Below are positions 17,864 to 22,410 of a DNA stretch of 22,410 bases, in pieces. Position numbers and translations under genes: made by a program. Within the stretch, counting starts at the first letter, position 1. The number at the start of each line of letters is the position of its first letter. Below the pieces are notes generated by a model. That model searched no databases. It saw only the letters and a list, made by a program, of their open reading frames with translations, and was not told where the DNA came from. Origin of the DNA: an uncultured virus (IMG/VR IMGVR_UViG_3300038704_000019) (taxonomy: Duplodnaviria; Heunggongvirae; Uroviricota; Caudoviricetes); IMG/VR virus record IMGVR_UViG_3300038704_000019, positions 62,001 to 84,410 of that record; one strand, written 5' to 3'.

Positions 17864-19369
17864 ATGAATCCTCAAGAACTAATGGCACAATTTGCAGGAA
17901 TGCAAGCTGGTGGCGCTCCCGAGTTGGGCGGCTCTGTCGGTGGCGCACTGGGCGATGCACAAGAACTGCAAAAAGCATTGACCGCATCCAGCTATCAAAC
18001 TGACGTTGCCACCCTCACCGGCGGCGGCGCTATGGGCGTACAGTCCCTCGACACCGCAATGAAGACTGTGGTGCAGGAAGAAGAGCACTTCGTGCTGTTC
18101 AAAAAGCTGCAACAGTCCAATGCAACAAACATCGTTGACGAATACACTCGTCAAAACAGCATCGGTGGCGTGTTGGGTGGTTCGACAAACAGCCAAATGG
18201 GTACTGTCCGTTCTGCACAAGGCGAATACAGCCGCGAAGTTGGCTTGGTCAAGTTCCTGATGACCTTGCGTCAAGTCGGTTATGTGCTGAATCTGGGTAA
18301 AAACATGGCTGAGCCTGTTGCTGTTGAAGAGCGCAACGGCGCACTGCAATTGCTGACAGATGCTGAATATCTGCTGTTTCATGGCAACGCTGCTGCTTGC
18401 CCGACACAGTACGACGGCATCTTCACTCAGATCGACGCAGCTATCGCCGCTGGCAAAGCTGGCTCTGACCATGTGATCGACATGGCCGGCCTGCCACTGA
18501 ATACCGTGGAGCCTTTCACCAAGCTGCAAGCAGCAATTCAGGACTACGGTAACTGGGGTCGTATCACCGACACCTTCATGCCGACAGCAGTTCAGACCGA
18601 CTTGAATATGGGTCTTGACCCAGCATTCCGTTGGAGTGGGCAGCCTAATTCCCCATTGACCATTGGCGGTCATGTGGAAGGCATTCGCCTGACTGAGGGC
18701 GTATTGAAGACCAACATCGATACGTTCCTGCATCATGGCGAGTTCCCAATGGCAAAACCAATCGAATTGACTTGGCCGGCTGCTGCTGCTGCGAACGTTG
18801 GATTCATTCCTTTGGGCGTAACTGTGGATGCTTCCGCATCCGACACCGCAAGCATGTTTACCGCACCTCGCGCTGGCCTGTACTACTACGCAGTTGCTGC
18901 GGTAGGTAGCAATGGTGAAGGTCTGACTGCAATCGTGAAGTCTACACAGACCTCTGTTGCGGCTGGCAAGAAAGCGGTTCTCACGATCACTCAGTCGGCG
19001 GCTGGTACCGAAACAGGGTATGCAGTGTATCGCTCGCGTCAAGATGGAACGAACGCGACGAACGACTTCCGTCTCGTGAAGATCATCCCCAAGACTGGCG
19101 CAACAACTGCGTTCACCGACATCAACCGAGACATCCCTGGCACCGTGATGGTTCCTTGCTTGAATATGAACCCAGCGGCTGATGCAATCGGATGGCGTCA
19201 GTTCCAACCGATGACCAAGATTCCTTTGCCATTCGGTGTTGGCGGCGTTCCTGTTGTGAGCTGGTTCCAGTTCTTGTTCGGCTACTTGCGCGTGACGAAG
19301 CCAAAGCATCACGGCTACATCAAGAACATCCTGCCGGCAAACGCAACATGGCGTCCGTTCACTGTTTAA
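17864..19369 (+). CDS. Major capsid protein (A511/Twort-like type)
   Basis: 501 aa, strong SD AGGAG, followed by a terminator; ELQKALTASSYQTD..GGAMGVQSLD N-arm, EYLLFHGN..QYDGI, and a beta-rich YYYAVAAV..GYAVYRS insertion recall large-myovirus capsid proteins. Confidence 0.85.
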   Translation: MNPQELMAQFAGMQAGGAPELGGSVGGALGDAQELQKALTASSYQTDVATLTGGGAMGVQSLDTAMKTVVQEEEHFVLFKKLQQSNATNIVDEYTRQNSIGGVLGGSTNSQMGTVRSAQGEYSREVGLVKFLMTLRQVGYVLNLGKNMAEPVAVEERNGALQLLTDAEYLLFHGNAAACPTQYDGIFTQIDAAIAAGKAGSDHVIDMAGLPLNTVEPFTKLQAAIQDYGNWGRITDTFMPTAVQTDLNMGLDPAFRWSGQPNSPLTIGGHVEGIRLTEGVLKTNIDTFLHHGEFPMAKPIELTWPAAAAANVGFIPLGVTVDASASDTASMFTAPRAGLYYYAVAAVGSNGEGLTAIVKSTQTSVAAGKKAVLTITQSAAGTETGYAVYRSRQDGTNATNDFRLVKIIPKTGATTAFTDINRDIPGTVMVPCLNMNPAADAIGWRQFQPMTKIPLPFGVGGVPVVSWFQFLFGYLRVTKPKHHGYIKNILPANATWRPFTV

Positions 19370-19389
19370 TCGCAGTGAGTTGAAAATAG

Positions 19390-19415
19390 ACAGGGGTTAA
19401 TAGCCCCTGTTTTCT
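19390..19415 (+). terminator. Rho-independent terminator after the capsid gene (probably leaky)
   Basis: ACAGGGGTT AAT AGCCCCTGT followed by TTTCT. Confidence 0.7.
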
Positions 19416-19430
19416 CTAAAGGATAAAGAA

Positions 19431-19781
19431 ATGAAAATCACTTGCACTCGCCCGAATGCTTCCGAAGAAATTAACGGGATCGCATTCGAGCGTCAAAAAG
19501 ATGGAAGCGTGGTAGCGACTGGCGTATCTGCTGAGGATGCGGCATTGTTTGCAGACTTCGAAGGCTTTGCTATAGAGGATGAAAAAGAACCTGCAGTAGT
19601 TAATCCTCCGGTTGCTGATCCAGTTGTTCAAGTTCCGGCAGACGTTGAGCCTGCGGAAACGTTACCAGCGGAATCTGAGCCTGTCGTTGACGCGGCTCTA
19701 GTTGATGTAGCGCCTGCTGCTGACGCTCCGGTAGAGGTCGGGCAAGCACAAGCCGATGTAAAACCAGCAAAACGTAAATAA
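19431..19781 (+). CDS. Hypothetical head-associated protein, small N-terminal domain with acidic Pro/Ala/Val-rich tail
   Basis: SD AAGGA; directly downstream of the capsid gene; low-complexity C-terminus ending KPAKRK. Confidence 0.7.
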   Translation: MKITCTRPNASEEINGIAFERQKDGSVVATGVSAEDAALFADFEGFAIEDEKEPAVVNPPVADPVVQVPADVEPAETLPAESEPVVDAALVDVAPAADAPVEVGQAQADVKPAKRK

Positions 19782-19792
19782 GGAGACTGAAA

Positions 19793-20191
19793 ATGTCAGT
19801 TAGCGAAAATGCAAAAAAACGCCTTGCGGCAGCAGTAACAAGCAAAGCTGTTGCGGATGAATTGGTGGCGGCAATTGATGCGCCAGGTAGTGTCCCAGCC
19901 GGGGTTGTGGTGGCATTTGGCGCTACAGCAAACTTGACTCCACTGGTTCCTGTAGCAACCACATTCGCAGGTGCAGCAACTGCCGGTGGAGCGGCCCCGA
20001 CAGCAGCGCAAGTCAACGCGGCCATTGATGCGGCCACTGCATTGGTTAAGACAGCCTTGGATTTGAAGGCCGACAACGCAGATGCCGAAACATTGCGTAC
20101 CGAAGTCGAGGCGCGTTTGGATGCACTTGAAGCCAAGGTAAATGCCATTTTGACATCGCTTAAAGCGGCATCGTACATGGCGGCGGCTTAA
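19793..20191 (+). CDS. Ala-rich head fibre / decoration-like protein
   Basis: SD TAAGGAG; C-terminal ARLDALEAKVNAILTSLKAASYM resembles the N-A-I-L-x-x-L-x-A-A helix of head-fibre proteins. Confidence 0.55.
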   Translation: MSVSENAKKRLAAAVTSKAVADELVAAIDAPGSVPAGVVVAFGATANLTPLVPVATTFAGAATAGGAAPTAAQVNAAIDAATALVKTALDLKADNADAETLRTEVEARLDALEAKVNAILTSLKAASYMAAA

Positions 20192-20214
20192 TCATTGCCT
20201 GCTAAAAACACAGG

Positions 20215-20240
20215 AAGCCCGCTTCGTGCGGGTTTTTTGT
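20215..20240 (+). terminator. Rho-independent terminator
   Basis: GCCCGC TTCGT GCGGGT followed by TTTTTGT. Confidence 0.82.
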
Positions 20241-20242
20241 TG

Positions 20243-20264
20243 TCGTGACTTTACGCTATAACCA
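20243..20264 (+). promoter_or_regulatory. Putative phage late promoter, copy 6 (leadered transcript)
   Basis: TCGTGAC TTT ACGCT ATAACC A; directly after a terminator; predicted +1 A20264, then SD AAAGGA and ATG 20286. Confidence 0.7.
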
Positions 20265-20285
20265 TCACCAACAAAGGAAAATAAA

Positions 20286-20489
20286 ATGACACCGTTTGAA
20301 ATGGCAATCGTAGAAGTACACAAGCTCGCGATGAAGCCGGGCGATATTCTGGCGCTGCGCGTCGCCCCCGATATTAGCGAACAAGCGCTGAGTGAGATAT
20401 ATCAGCAAATGCAGCGCCTTGTGCCAGAAGGCGTAAAAGTTGCCGTTGTGCCAAACACAACTGAATTCCAGATCATCACCCCGAGCTAA
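20286..20489 (+). CDS. Small hypothetical protein (67 aa)
   Basis: SD AAAGGA; alpha/beta-like pattern LAMKPGDILALRV...GVKVAVVP. Confidence 0.7.
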   Translation: MTPFEMAIVEVHKLAMKPGDILALRVAPDISEQALSEIYQQMQRLVPEGVKVAVVPNTTEFQIITPS

Positions 20490-20492
20490 GCC

Positions 20493-21257
20493 ATGTCCCT
20501 GTTTCCCGTCAAAGCCACAATAGTTGCCGAACTGCGCGCAGATCGCCTTGTTCTGGCTGGCGGGAATTATTTCAAGGCCAGCGCACTGACTGACGATTTC
20601 ATCTACAACAAAGTGCTTGCGGCGGAAGCTGATGCCGCGCGTCGATTGCGTGTATTCCTTGAGTCTACAACTGTATTTGCGGGCGAGCCTTCTGCGGATG
20701 AAATTGCCGCTGTTGGTACCGCGCCGTGGGCAGAAGAGTCTGGCTATGACTATGAGCCAGAGCTTTGGAATACCGAGGACTGGGGTTATCTGGTATTGCG
20801 CAACAAGCTAGTGTCCAGCGTGGCATCCGTCGAATTTGTCTATCCTTCTCCGGTCGCTGGGGTATTCAGGATGCCGGATAACTGGATCCGCCTTGACAAG
20901 AAGGCCGGGCACATTCGCTTTGTTCCCGCCGGCTCAAATATGTCCGTCGGGTCTTTCGGCTCGATGATATTGACGATGATGGCTGGTGGGCGGCATGTTC
21001 CACAAATGCTGAAAATCAGGTATGTCGCCGGTATGGTAAATGCGGCACGCGATTCCCCCGATTTGATCGACCTCATTAAAAAAATGGCTGTACTGCGCAT
21101 CATCAATGATGCCTTTGTTCCCCAGTCAGGCTCAATTTCTGCGGACGGCCTCAGCCAGTCATTTTCGGCTGACGTGGATAAATTCGCCTCTGGTGTTGAT
21201 GCCGCACTGAATGCACTGCGCGAATCTATCCACGGAATCCGGTGCATGGTGCTGTAA
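20493..21257 (+). CDS. Putative head-tail adaptor / neck protein
   Basis: Position after head genes; LKIRYVAGM, DLIDLIKKMA and SISADGLSQS resemble large-myovirus adaptor proteins. Confidence 0.6.
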   Translation: MSLFPVKATIVAELRADRLVLAGGNYFKASALTDDFIYNKVLAAEADAARRLRVFLESTTVFAGEPSADEIAAVGTAPWAEESGYDYEPELWNTEDWGYLVLRNKLVSSVASVEFVYPSPVAGVFRMPDNWIRLDKKAGHIRFVPAGSNMSVGSFGSMILTMMAGGRHVPQMLKIRYVAGMVNAARDSPDLIDLIKKMAVLRIINDAFVPQSGSISADGLSQSFSADVDKFASGVDAALNALRESIHGIRCMVL

Positions 21258-21889
21258 TGCATCTTAGCCCAGACAAGTTTAATGCGTTGATCGCCGACAT
21301 GGGGCAAACCGTGCGCTGGCGTAAATCCTTCGCATGTCCATGCACAAACCCTCATTCAGGTGCCGCAAAGCCCGGTTGCCCAATTTGTGGCGGAAATGGT
21401 AGAGGCTGGGGCTCGCCTGTTGATTGCGATGCCGGGATAACCGGACAAAAGACGCAGCGCGAGTGGGCGCAAAGCGGCCTGTACGAATCCGGCGATGTAG
21501 TGATCTCGCTGCCGTCTGATTCCGCCATCTACGCAATGGGGCAGTTTGATCGCGCCATTCTGGTCAACACCTCTGAGCGCTTCTCAATCGTTCTGACGCG
21601 CGGCAATAACGACACGTTGCGCTTCCCCTTTCTGACTGTCACCCGCTGCTTTTGGCTGAATTCAGGTGGCACTGCCATAGTTGAAGGTGGTATCCCATCG
21701 GTGTCATCTGCTGGGGTAATGACGTGGACAACTGGTGAGCCTGCCGCTGGGGCAACCTACACCGTCGAAGGCACGCGAATGAACGAGTATTTCTGCTATG
21801 GCATGTTCCCGTCGAATCGTGGGATACATCATGGCGAGGCGTTACCGAAGAAAGTAATCCTGCGTAAGTTCGACCTGTTCGGGCGTTGA
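21257..21889 (+). CDS. Putative head-completion / neck protein with Cys4 zinc-finger
   Basis: Start 21257 by TAATG overlap; GQTVRWRKSFACPC..GCPICGGNGRGW; follows the adaptor gene as in A511/Twort-like neck modules. Confidence 0.6.
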   Translation: MHLSPDKFNALIADMGQTVRWRKSFACPCTNPHSGAAKPGCPICGGNGRGWGSPVDCDAGITGQKTQREWAQSGLYESGDVVISLPSDSAIYAMGQFDRAILVNTSERFSIVLTRGNNDTLRFPFLTVTRCFWLNSGGTAIVEGGIPSVSSAGVMTWTTGEPAAGATYTVEGTRMNEYFCYGMFPSNRGIHHGEALPKKVILRKFDLFGR

Positions 21890-21890
21890 T

Positions 21891-22295
21891 ATGGGTTACG
21901 TTCTTTCCAAGAAGCTGCGCAACATCACTAGCGAAGGTTCGGAGCACGGACGCCGGATTGCTTTCTGGTGCCCTGGGTGCGACGGTATTCACGCGGTAAC
22001 AGTAGAACATACATCGCATCCAGTCTGGGGATGGAATGGCAATGTGGATTTCCCGACATTCACCCCGTCGATATTGACGCGCTTCACCAAGCTCACGGAC
22101 AAGGGTAATGCTGACATAGAGGCGTGGCGAGAGGCTGGACACCCAAAGCACCCTGAAGGGTTTTCATTCGATCACATAGACATGGTCTGCCATTCGTATG
22201 TGACCGATGGGAGAATTCAGTATTTGTCAGACTGTACCCATGATTTTGCCGGTAAAACAGTTGAGCTACCTGATTGGCCGCTGGATTCGGAATGA
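21891..22295 (+). CDS. DUF6527-like Cys/His metal-binding protein
   Basis: FWCPGCDGIH, WGWNG..PTFTPSI, CHSYVTDGRIQYLSDCTH pattern. Confidence 0.65.
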   Translation: MGYVLSKKLRNITSEGSEHGRRIAFWCPGCDGIHAVTVEHTSHPVWGWNGNVDFPTFTPSILTRFTKLTDKGNADIEAWREAGHPKHPEGFSFDHIDMVCHSYVTDGRIQYLSDCTHDFAGKTVELPDWPLDSE

Positions 22296-22410
22296 CGAAG
22301 TGCGATCAGTTGAAATTGGCATCTGGCTTGTTTGCCGCAATTATAGTGGTGATCGGCGGTGGAATATGGCTTGCAAGTTGCGAAGATGATGCTGGCAGTG
22401 GCTGCTTGGA
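22292..22410 (+). CDS. 5' part of a putative membrane protein or lipoprotein (runs off the window)
   Basis: ATGA overlap; MTKCDQLKLASGLFAAIIVVIGGGIWLASCEDD: hydrophobic stretch ending in lipobox-like LASC. Confidence 0.45.
   Translation, partial: MTKCDQLKLASGLFAAIIVVIGGGIWLASCEDDAGSGCL

Noticed and set aside
17879..19312. 477-aa minus-strand ORF
   Set aside because: Lies wholly antisense to the capsid gene; explained by its strong codon bias; no recognisable motifs
21242..21256. Longer start for the Cys4 neck protein
   Set aside because: ATG 21257 overlaps the upstream stop (TAATG), the usual coupling pattern in this window
22207..22389. 60-aa plus-strand ORF
   Set aside because: Overlaps the DUF6527-like gene out of frame; the coupled ORF from 22292 is more plausible
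1..22410. CRISPR array, tRNA/rRNA, IS element, intron or intein
   Set aside because: No repeat-spacer periodicity, cloverleaf, transposase or splicing motifs seen by eye; intergenic gaps are all under 100 nt

Overview
A 22.4 kb, entirely plus-strand head-morphogenesis module of a large tailed phage or prophage. Order: partial ORF; Mu-F/SPP1 gp7-like head protein; 1702-aa polyvalent protein (pyrophosphatase-like plus SNF2 helicase); 626-aa zeta-toxin-like P-loop kinase; small coupled ORF; MESH1/SpoT-type HD hydrolase; 2106-aa DarB-like N6-methyltransferase/SNF2 helicase; two small ORFs; prohead protease; scaffold; major capsid protein (A511/Twort-like by recall); head accessory and head-fibre-like proteins; neck/head-completion proteins; DUF6527-like protein; partial membrane ORF. 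Four patterns are visible in the sequence beyond the gene calls. (1) Six intergenic copies of TCGTGA(C/T)-N3-A-N3-T-N6-A; in four, the last A is the A of the start codon, suggesting a phage late promoter making leaderless mRNAs. (2) A hydrophobic-x-K-(S/A) motif shared by scaffold, capsid, protease and the enzymatic giants, suggesting protease-processed, capsid-packaged cargo. (3) An approximately 30-aa copy of the capsid N-terminal arm inside the protease. (4) Repeated sliding-clamp-binding-like DLF/DMF peptides in the three cargo proteins. Family assignments come from motif recognition, not database searches. The host cannot be determined.
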